Shown here: positions 49,745 to 58,451 of the stretch, piece after piece
Position numbering within the stretch: position 1 is the first letter of the stretch
Layout of the letters: each line of letters opens with the position of its first letter
Origin: Clostridiales bacterium UBA3678
Lineage (GTDB): Bacteria > Bacillota > Clostridia > TANB77 > CAG-508
Reading direction: 5' to 3'
DNA: 64,000 bases
NCBI GenBank assembly: GCA_002372935.1
Contig: DFJF01000004.1
Span: 118,002-182,001 of the forward strand
The notes under the pieces: model-generated
Seen by the model: the letters and a program-made list of their open reading frames with translations, nothing else
The model's database searches: none
What the model was told of the DNA's origin: nothing
Program-made: the position numbers and the translations under genes

Positions 49745-49814
49745 TGCTGAAATTTGCTGATTTGTGTAAAATTGTGCAATTTTGTGCTGATTTGTGCTGA
49801 AATGTGCATAAAAA
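49745..49814 (+). promoter_or_regulatory. seven tandem 10-bp phased repeats upstream of the xis-like gene
   Basis: TGCTGAAATT TGCTGATTTG TGTAAAATTG TGCAATTTTG TGCTGATTTG TGCTGAAATG TGCATAAAAA. Exact 10-bp register, ending 15 nt before the ATG at 49830. Confidence 0.7.
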
Positions 49815-49829
49815 TGAGGAGGTGATTTT

Positions 49830-50033
49830 ATGAATGAACTATCAAAAGTAGAAAGAACAACACTAACAATGAAGGAAACAGCAGAGTATTTAGGAGTTTC
49901 ATATTGGTTAGTAAATCAATTAGTTAGAAGAAAACAAATACCATGTGCAAGAGTTGGTGGAAGAGTGTTATTTAGAGTTAAAGCTTTAGATGAATACTTA
50001 AGTGCAAAAGAAGTAAATTCATTAAATAAGTAA
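49830..50033 (+). CDS. xis: excisionase-type (MerR/HTH_17-like) DNA-binding protein
   Basis: LTMKETAEYLGVSYWLVNQLVRRKQIPCARVGGRVLFRVKALDEYL. GAGGAGGTG RBS. Confidence 0.8.
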   Translation: MNELSKVERTTLTMKETAEYLGVSYWLVNQLVRRKQIPCARVGGRVLFRVKALDEYLSAKEVNSLNK

Positions 50034-50050
50034 GAAAGGAGAAAGACTGT

Positions 50051-50585
50051 ATGCAATGGATTAAGATTTTTACAAGTATATTTGGAAATCCTAAAATTCA
50101 ACTATTATTAAAAGAGCGTGATGGAGATACAATATTTAGAATATGGATTCAATTATTAACAATTGCTGGGACAAGCGCGCAAGGTGGAAAGATAATGTTT
50201 TCAACAAATCAACCATTAACTGTGGAAGATCTTGCAAAGATTACACAAAAAACAAACAAAAAAATTAAAAATATATTGGATAAGTTAATTCATTGCGAAA
50301 TGATTATATTTGAAAATAATACATACATAATTAAAAATTGGGAGAAGTATCAAAGTGCTGATAAATATGTGAAAACTTTAGAACAAAATAGAGAAAGACA
50401 AAGAAGATTTAGAGAAAATCAAAAAAACGAAAATAACGTTAATGTAACGTTACGGTAACGGAACAGAAGAGAAGATACAAGAAAAGAATATAATAGAAAG
50501 AAATAAATACAAAAGTGGGTATGCAAATTATGAACAAAGACATTATCCACCGGAGTTTTTTGATCAGTTTATAGCGAATAAGTAA
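50051..50585 (+). pseudogene. phage replisome-organizer (DnaD-like) gene with a +1 frameshift near 50454
   Basis: N-terminal MQWIKIFTSIFGNPKIQLLLKERDGDTIFRIWIQLLTIAG matches the replisome-organizer N-terminal domain. The track ORF stops at 50458 (NVNVTLR*). The next frame continues GNGTEEKIQEKNIIERNKYKSGYANYEQRHYPPEFFDQFIANK* to 50585. Removing one g from ttacGGtaacgg rejoins them as VTLRNGTEEK. Confidence 0.65.
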
Positions 50586-50791
50586 GAAAGTAATAGTTTA
50601 TGAAAAAAATAAAAATAATGAAAAAGGTTGGTTTCAAAGGATAGACAATAAAAGTAGTATTAAAAAAAGTATAAACTAATAATTGAAGAAGAATATCAAT
50701 ATACAACTGATACACCTGATGATATTGCTAGAATTATAAATAGCTATGTAAATTATACTTGAAAATTAGATAAGAGAAGACTTTTAAGGGT

Positions 50792-50999
50792 AATTCCCCA
50801 ATGGGGAATTTTTAATTTTATATAAAAGTCTCCATTGGAGAATTTTCACTAAATCCCTTGATATTACTAGTGTTAATGCCAGAATTCTCACGATGAGAAT
50901 TTATAATTTTTTACTTTATGAAATGTTTGCTAAATATTTAAGCAAGATTCCCCTCTGTGTATACAAAAGGTATTTTTTGATCTTTGGGAGTAACTCCCA
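50792..50999. repeat. cluster of four short tri-loop palindromes
   Basis: AATTCCCC-aat-GGGGAATT (50792-50810), TCTCC-att-GGAGA (50829-50841), AATTCTCA-cga-TGAGAATT (50883-50901), TGGGAG-taa-CTCCCA (50985-50999). Confidence 0.75.
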
Positions 51000-51127
51000 G
51001 ACCCTTTAAATTTTTTTGTTATAGAAATTCGACATTTTATTTCAAAATACTGGAAGGTATGTTGTTAAAAAAATGATTTTGTGATATAACATATACTAGA
51101 GAAATTATAAAGTATTGAGAGGTAAAG

Positions 51128-51442
51128 ATGAAAGAATTAATAGAAGAAATAGATAAATTCAACAAAGAAAGAGATTGGGATCAATTTCATTCACCTGAGA
51201 ATTTAGCAAAGTCAATTTCTATTGAGGCTGGAGAATTATTAGAGTGTTTTCAATGGAATAATGACTATAACAAAGAAGAAGTATGTGAAGAACTAGCAGA
51301 TGTTTTTACATATTGTTTAATGATGGCTGATAAGTTAGATGTAGATCCAAAAGATATAATTTTAAAGAAGTTAGATAAAACAAGAAAAAAATATCCAGTT
51401 GAAAAAGCTAAAGGGGTTAGTACAAAATATAATAAACTATAA
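51128..51442 (+). CDS. MazG-like nucleotide pyrophosphohydrolase (small all-alpha NTP-PPase)
   Basis: FNKERDWDQFHSPENLAKSISIEAGELLECFQW...EELADVFTYCLMMADKLDVD, the EExxE/D metal-binding helix pattern of the MazG/YpjD type. Confidence 0.85.
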   Translation: MKELIEEIDKFNKERDWDQFHSPENLAKSISIEAGELLECFQWNNDYNKEEVCEELADVFTYCLMMADKLDVDPKDIILKKLDKTRKKYPVEKAKGVSTKYNKL

Positions 51443-51469
51443 AGATAATAATTAATGGGGGCAATTATT

Positions 51470-53431
51470 ATGATAGTATATGAAGCAACAAAGCAACTTT
51501 TTGTAGAAGATGTTGTGCAAGACAGAATTGAAGAAAATATAGATAGAAAATTTTATGAGAAGATGGGATATCATACATCTCAAAATGAAAGAAAAGCATG
51601 GAATAATTCTATGCAATATATGATGAAAGTTTTAATTGATAACAATATACCAGGAAATGTAGGAATTGCAATTGAATTCAAAATTCCAAATACATCTAAA
51701 AGAGTAGATTTTATAATTACAGGTAAAGATGGAAAACTTAAAAATACTGCTATTATTGTTGAATTAAAACAATGGACAGAGGCTGATATAGTTGAAGGAA
51801 AAGATGGAATTGTACAAGCATATACAGGATATGCATTAAGAGAAGTAGCACATCCTTCATACCAAGCTTGGTCTTATGCAACGACAATAGAAGACTATAA
51901 TGAAACAGTGCAAGAAAGACAAATAGATTTACATCCATGTGCATATCTTCATAATTATTTAACAGTAACACCTCCAACACTATTAGCAGATAATTATAAA
52001 TATTACTTAGAGAAAGCACCTGCATTTATAAAGGGAGATGTTGAAAAATTAAGAGATTTCATAAACAAATATATTAAATATGGCGATGATAAAGAAACAC
52101 TATATATGATTGAAAATGGAAAAATAAGACCTTCTAAATCGTTACAAGATGCATTATCTAGTATGCTAAAAGGTAATGACGAATTTGTAATGATAGATGA
52201 TCAAAAACTTGTTTATGAAACAGCATTAGAAATGGCAAGAAAATCATATAGAGATGGAAAGAAGAGAGTTTTAGTTGTTAAAGGTGGACCTGGAACAGGA
52301 AAATCAGTTTTAGCAATTAATCTTTTAGTAAAACTAACTAATGAAAATATGGTTTGTTCATATGTTACAAAAAATGCAGCACCAAGAAATGTATATGCAA
52401 CAAAATTGAGTGGAGATTTTAGGAAAACAAGAATTAATAATTTATTTAAAGGTTCGGGTTCATTTGTAGAATCTGCAGAAAATGAATTTGATGTTTTAAT
52501 AGTAGATGAAGCACATAGATTAAATGCAAAATCTGGAATGTTTCAAAACTTAGGAGAAAATCAAATAAAAGAAATTATTAAGGCTTCTAAATTTTCAATA
52601 TTTTTCATAGATGAATCACAAAGAGTAACCTTAAAGGATATAGGAAGTATTGATGAAATACAAAAATATATAAAACAAGCTAATGCTGAATCAGAAGTAA
52701 TGGAATTGGAATCACAATTTAGATGTAATGGTTCAGATGGATATATTGCATGGCTAGATGATGTATTAGATATAAGAAAAACAGCTAATAGTGATGGATT
52801 TGATTTAGATTATGATATCAAGGTATGTGATACTCCAAATGAAGTAAGAGATTTGATATTTGAAAAGAATAAAATAAATAATAAAGCTAGATTATTAGCA
52901 GGATATTGTTGGAATTGGATAAAAGATGGAAAAAATAAATCAGATGTGTATGATATAAATATTCCAGAATACAATTTTGCAATGAGTTGGAATTTAGGCA
53001 ATAGCCAAACATGGGCAATAGATGCTGAATCAGTAAATGAAATTGGATGTATACATACTGCTCAAGGACTTGAATTTGATTATATTGGTGTAATTATTGG
53101 AGACGACTTAAGGTATGAAAATGATAAAATAATTACTGATGTAACAAAAAGAGCTAAAACAGATCAATCTATAAAAGGGATTAATAAGCTAAGTAGAGAG
53201 GACTCTGAAAAAGCTAATAAAATAGCAGATGAAATAATTAAGAATACATATAGAACATTAATGACAAGAGGACAGAAAGGCTGTTATATTTATTGCACAG
53301 ATAAAAAATTAGCAGATTATTTAAAGAAAAGATTAAACCAAAAGAATGAGATTATTTATTCAATAGATGAAGACGAAGATAATGATAGCTTAATGGTTGC
53401 TGAAGAAGGAGAAAAATATAGATATGAGTAA
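51470..53431 (+). CDS. DUF2075-type protein: N-terminal PD-(D/E)XK-like nuclease + SF1 helicase-like ATPase
   Basis: KRVDFIITG...AIIVELKQW (D...ExK), Walker A KGGPGTGKSVLAINLL, Walker B VLIVDEAHRL, UvrD_C-like IHTAQGLEFDYIGVIIGDDL and YRTLMTRGQKGCYIY. Start at the ATG at 51470 behind GGGGG; the track start is 51455. Confidence 0.8.
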   Translation: MIVYEATKQLFVEDVVQDRIEENIDRKFYEKMGYHTSQNERKAWNNSMQYMMKVLIDNNIPGNVGIAIEFKIPNTSKRVDFIITGKDGKLKNTAIIVELKQWTEADIVEGKDGIVQAYTGYALREVAHPSYQAWSYATTIEDYNETVQERQIDLHPCAYLHNYLTVTPPTLLADNYKYYLEKAPAFIKGDVEKLRDFINKYIKYGDDKETLYMIENGKIRPSKSLQDALSSMLKGNDEFVMIDDQKLVYETALEMARKSYRDGKKRVLVVKGGPGTGKSVLAINLLVKLTNENMVCSYVTKNAAPRNVYATKLSGDFRKTRINNLFKGSGSFVESAENEFDVLIVDEAHRLNAKSGMFQNLGENQIKEIIKASKFSIFFIDESQRVTLKDIGSIDEIQKYIKQANAESEVMELESQFRCNGSDGYIAWLDDVLDIRKTANSDGFDLDYDIKVCDTPNEVRDLIFEKNKINNKARLLAGYCWNWIKDGKNKSDVYDINIPEYNFAMSWNLGNSQTWAIDAESVNEIGCIHTAQGLEFDYIGVIIGDDLRYENDKIITDVTKRAKTDQSIKGINKLSREDSEKANKIADEIIKNTYRTLMTRGQKGCYIYCTDKKLADYLKKRLNQKNEIIYSIDEDEDNDSLMVAEEGEKYRYE

Positions 53432-53585
53432 TGATATTGATATGTTTGCAAAGTTTTTAGCAGAAACAGATAAAATGTTAATAGAAAATGATCAAAAGTA
53501 TAATTTAACAAGAGAACAAAAAGAGCTTTTAAAACAATTTGTTGATGAGTGCTACAAAAATTATAAAAATAAAAAAATGTTATAA
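53424..53585 (+). CDS. 53-aa hypothetical protein overlapping the DUF2075 gene stop
   Basis: ATG at 53424 behind AAGGAG. MSNDIDMFAKFLAETDKMLIENDQKYNLTREQKELLKQFVDECYKNYKNKKML. Coding status uncertain. Confidence 0.3.
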   Translation: MSNDIDMFAKFLAETDKMLIENDQKYNLTREQKELLKQFVDECYKNYKNKKML

Positions 53586-53692
53586 AAGATATTGACAAAG
53601 AAACAAATGTTTGATATAAATATAAAAGCAGTTTTTAAAAATATATAGTAACGAGTAAGGATAATATATATAAATATTAATTGAGGTAGAAA

Positions 53693-54169
53693 ATGCGTAC
53701 AATGTTATTAAGTTTAAAACCCGATATTTTTGAATTAATAAGAAATGGAAAAAAAATATTTGAATATAGACATCAGTTTTATAATGAACCAGTAGGAGCA
53801 TATTTATATATTAGTAAACCAATTCAAAAAATAGTTGGATATATTGAATTTGACAAAAGAATTGAATTAAAAGATTGGAAGAATAAATACAAAGATAATT
53901 TAGAAGTAAGTAAAAGAATTGATGATTATATTTCAAGAAATTACAAGTATGCAATGCCAATTAACAAATTTAAAATGACAACAGAAATTCCTTTAAGTGA
54001 TTTAAAAAATAATCTTGAAAAATTTATTATTCCAGAATCATATTATTATTTGGATAATTTTATTGAGTTAAAAGAATATATAGAGAAAAATATAGATTTT
54101 ACAGATGAAGTAGTAGAAAATAATTTCCAAGTAGTAACAGATGAAAATATTTGTAGGAAAAAATATTAA
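53693..54169 (+). CDS. ASCH-domain (PUA-like fold) protein
   Basis: MLLSLKPDIFELIRNGKKIFEYRHQFYNEPVGAYLYISKPIQKIVGYIEFDKRIE matches the COG4933/ASCH N-terminal pattern (SIKPxxxxxIxxGxKxxExR). Confidence 0.7.
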   Translation: MRTMLLSLKPDIFELIRNGKKIFEYRHQFYNEPVGAYLYISKPIQKIVGYIEFDKRIELKDWKNKYKDNLEVSKRIDDYISRNYKYAMPINKFKMTTEIPLSDLKNNLEKFIIPESYYYLDNFIELKEYIEKNIDFTDEVVENNFQVVTDENICRKKY

Positions 54170-54232
54170 TGCAATCTAGGGGTTTGCATTCTAACAAAAA
54201 ATACAATACAATATAAGAGAAAGAGGTGCAAA

Positions 54233-55396
54233 ATGAAAGAATATAAAGTAGGAAGTTTATTTGCTGGAGTTGGTGGAATATGTTTAGGATTTCAAAACGC
54301 TAAAAGTGAAAACGCTAAATATAAACTATTATGGGCAAATGAAATAGATGAATATGCGTGTGCTACATATAAGAACAATTTTAAACATACTTTATTACAA
54401 GGAGATATAAAATTAGTATTACATCCTGAGTTAGCAAAGGATAATGAAGAAAAGAAGTATTATGAAAATCTTCACGAAATAATTTTAAAAGAGCCTATAG
54501 ATATTTTAAATGGAGGATTTCCTTGTCAAGCATTTAGTATTGCAGGAGAACAAAAAGGTTTTAATGATGAAAGAGGAAATTTATTTTTAAATATTATAGA
54601 TTTAATTAATATGTTAGGAGAGAAATTCTATAAACCTAGAGTATTGTTTTTAGAAAATGTTAAGAACCTACAAGCACACGATAATGGAAGAACGTATAAA
54701 GTTATTAAACAAAAATTAGAAGAATGTGGTTATAAGATATTTGAAAAAGTACTAAATACAATGGAATATTCGGATTTACCACAAAATAGGGAAAGAATAT
54801 ATATTATAGGTTTATCAAATGAAGAAGATATAGAATTATTTAACTTATATAATAAGGATGTCCTTTCTAATTTGCATAATAATAAGACATCTGAGGATAG
54901 AGTAAATGATATTAAAAGGGTAATTAATTATGATTTAACAAAAGAAAACGCAGAAAAGTATTATTATACAAAAACAAAATATCCTAATTATTTTGTTTCA
55001 CTTGATGAATTCAAAAATTCTGATAAAGAAAATAGAATAAATTTAGATGAGCAAATTGACGAAATGTATCAATTCTATCAATGCCGTAGAGGAATGTATG
55101 TTAGAAAAAATAAAAGTGGTGTTTGTCCTACATTAACAGCTAATATGGGAACAGGTGGGCATAATGTACCATTAATCAAAGTTAGTGATGGTATTAGAAA
55201 ATTAACACCTACTGAAACATTTAAATTACAAGGATTTCCGGTAGGAAATGGATATAATTTACCTAAAGAGTTTAAAGGAAAGAAATATCCTGATTCACAA
55301 TTATATAAACAAGCAGGAAATGCAGTTTCAGTTCCAGTTATAACAATTTTATCAGAAGAAATTTTGAAAATTTTAGAAAAAAATGATAATAAATAA
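54233..55396 (+). CDS. dcm: DNA (cytosine-5)-methyltransferase
   Basis: Motif I LFAGVGG, motif IV GGFPCQAFS, motif VI ENV, motif VIII QNRERIYIIG and motif X GNAVSVPV. Confidence 0.95.
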   Translation: MKEYKVGSLFAGVGGICLGFQNAKSENAKYKLLWANEIDEYACATYKNNFKHTLLQGDIKLVLHPELAKDNEEKKYYENLHEIILKEPIDILNGGFPCQAFSIAGEQKGFNDERGNLFLNIIDLINMLGEKFYKPRVLFLENVKNLQAHDNGRTYKVIKQKLEECGYKIFEKVLNTMEYSDLPQNRERIYIIGLSNEEDIELFNLYNKDVLSNLHNNKTSEDRVNDIKRVINYDLTKENAEKYYYTKTKYPNYFVSLDEFKNSDKENRINLDEQIDEMYQFYQCRRGMYVRKNKSGVCPTLTANMGTGGHNVPLIKVSDGIRKLTPTETFKLQGFPVGNGYNLPKEFKGKKYPDSQLYKQAGNAVSVPVITILSEEILKILEKNDNK

Positions 55397-55409
55397 GAAG
55401 AAAGAGCAA

Positions 55410-56072
55410 TTAAAATTTGCTCTCTTTTTTGTATTCTGAAAATTTTATTTTTGTATATCCAAGATCTAAAGCCTTATATAAATATCGAGAAGCTACTGAT
55501 GAATATTGACCCCATTTCCTACATTTTTTTATTATAGAGTTTCTATCTGTTTTATTTGTATTATATAACCATGAATAACTTTGAATAAAAGCCATATCTT
55601 CATAGGGTAAAATATCATCTCTACCAAGAACGAAGATTAAATACATTTTAGATGTCCATTTTCCGATTCCTCTTATTTTTTGTAAATCTCTTTCTATTTC
55701 AGAATTATTTTTTTTATCAAAAGATTTAAAATCAATTTCATTATTTAATACTGAATTTGATAAATTCTTAATGTAACCAATTTTTGAATTTGAAATCCCA
55801 ATATTTCTTAGTTCTGTGTAATCAAGATTTAATATTTTTTTTGGTGTTATATCATTTTTACATAAATTTAAAAGTCTATTATATAGTACATCTGCAACTT
55901 TGTTTGAAAGCATTTGACCTATAATAGTTTTAATTAAAAAAGTATAAGGATTATCGTATAGTGTATAAGACAAATCACCTATTAAATTAAATAAAATGTT
56001 TAAATTACTATCTTTTTTTGAAAGATATTTTATTGACTCTGAATTATTATTTAAAATAACTATTTTACTCAT
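55410..56072 (-). CDS. AlkA-like HhH-GPD DNA glycosylase
   Basis: IIGQMLSNKVADVLYNRL, HhH LQKIRGIGKWTSKMYLIF and a putative catalytic Asp in DDILPYEDMAFIQ. No Fe-S Cys cluster. Confidence 0.75.
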   Translation of the reverse strand: MSKIVILNNNSESIKYLSKKDSNLNILFNLIGDLSYTLYDNPYTFLIKTIIGQMLSNKVADVLYNRLLNLCKNDITPKKILNLDYTELRNIGISNSKIGYIKNLSNSVLNNEIDFKSFDKKNNSEIERDLQKIRGIGKWTSKMYLIFVLGRDDILPYEDMAFIQSYSWLYNTNKTDRNSIIKKCRKWGQYSSVASRYLYKALDLGYTKIKFSEYKKESKF

Positions 56073-56134
56073 ATTATATTCACCTTACAAGAAATTATCA
56101 TATTTTAATAAAAAAAGCAATATTGAAAATTGTA

Positions 56135-56163
56135 TTTGCATTTATTATATTTAATAATGCAAA
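56135..56163. promoter_or_regulatory. imperfect 29-bp palindrome between the glycosylase and controller genes (candidate C-box/operator)
   Basis: TTTGCATTTATTATATTTAATAATGCAAA. The two arms match apart from a 1-nt indel. Confidence 0.35.
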
Positions 56164-56223
56164 GTTACAGTTTGTTTTAATAATTTATCTTTTTTTGTAA
56201 AATAATCTCGAAGGAGGAAGTAT

Positions 56224-56454
56224 ATGGATAATAAACATTCAGAGAAGTATATAAGAATAGGATTAAATATTTCTTTACAAAGAAAATTAAAAAAGATGAC
56301 ACAAATTGAATTGGCTGAAAAGATAGGTATAAGTAGAACTCATATGAGTAATATAGAAGCACCTAATATGGTAACGCCAGTTTCTTTAGAAGTAATTTTT
56401 GACATATGCGATGTCCTAAATATATCTCCAGAAGTGTTATTTAAAATGAATTAA
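56224..56454 (+). CDS. XRE-family HTH protein, likely R-M controller (C) protein
   Basis: IGLNISLQRKLKKMTQIELAEKIGISRTHMSNIE. GAAGGAGG RBS. Directly precedes the nuclease candidates. Confidence 0.7.
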   Translation: MDNKHSEKYIRIGLNISLQRKLKKMTQIELAEKIGISRTHMSNIEAPNMVTPVSLEVIFDICDVLNISPEVLFKMN

Positions 56455-56473
56455 TTCATATATAAGAGAAGAT

Positions 56474-57031
56474 ATGAAACAAGTAAAAGTAAAATTAAAA
56501 GATAATACAATAGTAATTGGTGATGAATTTGATATGGAAGATTACAAAAAATTTAAACAAATCTTCCGTAAGTGGACTGATATTAATTCTGATTTAAAAC
56601 AATTTGGAGGAAGAAACTTAAATGTACCAGATGTATTCAGTGAAGCTCTATATTGTATATTTTTTAATGCAGTAAGAACAAATGGAACAGCTCATTCATA
56701 TGATGCTGTCGATAAAGAAACTGGTGAAGGAATTCAAATAAAATCAGCTTCTATACAAAATGATTGTACTTCATTTGGTCCAACTTCAACATGGGACAAA
56801 TTGATTTTTGCAGATTTAGCACCTAATGGAAGTGTGGACGGAAATGTTTGGTTTTATGAAATAGATTCGACCAATATTTACAATATTATTTTAAATACTA
56901 AAAAAGCTGAAACATTTAGAGATCAACAGTTACAAGGCAGAAGACCTAGACTTTCAATAAAAGATAAAATAATTAATCCTTTAAGATTAAAACCAATAAA
57001 GAAAATAAATTTAATGGAAGATGAGGATTAG
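56474..57031 (+). CDS. putative type II restriction endonuclease (small, possibly Bsp6I-like)
   Basis: 185 aa following the C protein. SYDAVDKETGEGIQIKSAS...CTSFGPTSTWDKLIF could hold a D...(E/Q)xK site. The family guess is from memory only. Confidence 0.45.
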   Translation: MKQVKVKLKDNTIVIGDEFDMEDYKKFKQIFRKWTDINSDLKQFGGRNLNVPDVFSEALYCIFFNAVRTNGTAHSYDAVDKETGEGIQIKSASIQNDCTSFGPTSTWDKLIFADLAPNGSVDGNVWFYEIDSTNIYNIILNTKKAETFRDQQLQGRRPRLSIKDKIINPLRLKPIKKINLMEDED

Positions 57032-57043
57032 GGGGAATAATTA

Positions 57044-58162
57044 ATGAAAGAAGTTAGTTTTAATAGGGATGATATTATTGAAAGAGTATATTTTATAACG
57101 AAATTAGTTCAGAATCAAAAAGGTACAACAATGCAAGGGGCATTAACATCTAAGAGTGATTCAATGGGTGGTATATTTGATAGATTTATAAATACAATAT
57201 CAGATTCGTTGGTTTTTGAAAAAATTATTTTACCACAAATAAAAACGAAAAAGAAAGTTAATGTAATAAATGATTACTATTATTATGATCCAAAAAAATC
57301 AGTTTCAGGAATAGCACCAGATATTTTTGGAATTACTGTAAATGGAAAACAAATTCGTTTTACGAAATTTAATAATAAGTGGGAAGCTGAAAAAGGAATG
57401 CCACAAATTGAAATAAAGACATTTAAAGCAAAAGATCAAATGATTAGCCTTAGAGATCAAGGCTATTCTGAATATATGATATTTGTAGATTTAGATTTAA
57501 GAATAGATTATTTAGTACCATTTTTAGATTCTAAATTATTAAACAAAAATATTGCTAAAAAAATGCAAATGGATGATAAAGTATTTATTGAAAAAGATAA
57601 AAATACAAGAGTTACTAAAATAACTCCTATAGATTATTCATCTGATGTCATAGGAACGCTAAAATTAATTGCTGTTACAAATGCTACTGATTTTATGAAA
57701 CAAGCTACTTTATGTGGTGGAAATGTAAGTGTACAAAGAATGAAAGAAATGAATGCTAGAAAAACAAACATGAGATCAAATCTATTACATGATAAATTAA
57801 GTTCATATGCAAATAAAAGCCCTCGTGTAAAGAAACTATATGAATTTAATAAATTATGGAGAGAAAAGATGAGTATTAGTGAGAATACTGCAATATTAGA
57901 CTTTTCAGCTGATAATATAGAAAATATTGAAATATGTAAGTACAATAATGATGGAATGGTAATTACTGCTTTAGAAAATGGTTGTAGCTTTAACGGTATG
58001 CAATTAGAAGTAGGAAGACAATACCCAGTTAAATTTGCAACATTAGACAGAACAGGAAATAATGGAAGTGAATATTTTATGCAAAAACAATGTGCATTTT
58101 ATTTAAATGGCATAGAAAATAAACTCATAAAAGAATTAGAAAAAATAATAAAAAGTAATTAA
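57044..58162 (+). CDS. putative PD-(D/E)XK nuclease (second restriction-endonuclease candidate)
   Basis: GIAPDIFG ... PQIEIKTFK gives a classical PD...ExK spacing. GGGGGA RBS. 12-nt gap after the preceding gene. Confidence 0.45.
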   Translation: MKEVSFNRDDIIERVYFITKLVQNQKGTTMQGALTSKSDSMGGIFDRFINTISDSLVFEKIILPQIKTKKKVNVINDYYYYDPKKSVSGIAPDIFGITVNGKQIRFTKFNNKWEAEKGMPQIEIKTFKAKDQMISLRDQGYSEYMIFVDLDLRIDYLVPFLDSKLLNKNIAKKMQMDDKVFIEKDKNTRVTKITPIDYSSDVIGTLKLIAVTNATDFMKQATLCGGNVSVQRMKEMNARKTNMRSNLLHDKLSSYANKSPRVKKLYEFNKLWREKMSISENTAILDFSADNIENIEICKYNNDGMVITALENGCSFNGMQLEVGRQYPVKFATLDRTGNNGSEYFMQKQCAFYLNGIENKLIKELEKIIKSN

Positions 58163-58190
58163 ATAATATAACAAATAAAAGGAAAGTAAT

Positions 58191-58451
58191 ATGAAATTAA
58201 AAATAGGAAAAATTTATAGATATTCAAATCAAAACAAATCAGAAGATTCAGAAATAAGAAAAAGTGAAGCAGTACCAATCGTATTTTGTGAAAGAATGAA
58301 TTATGACAATAGAACTAAATAAAATTTAAAATTTCAAGGTTTTGGAGTTTTAGATAGTGCAAAGCTAATTATTTCACCTAACAAAAAGGAAAAAGCAGTT
58401 CAAATTGTTATAAGACAAGCTGAGTTAAAATGTAAAGAGATGATAGGATAA
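58191..58451 (+). pseudogene. 87-codon reading frame interrupted by an in-frame TAA at 58320-58322
   Basis: AAAGGAAAG RBS. MKLKIGKIYRYSNQNKSEDSEIRKSEAVPIVFCERMNYDNRTK*NLKFQGFGVLDSAKLIISPNKKEKAVQIVIRQAELKCKEMIG*. The final stop abuts the ATG at 58452. Confidence 0.25.
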
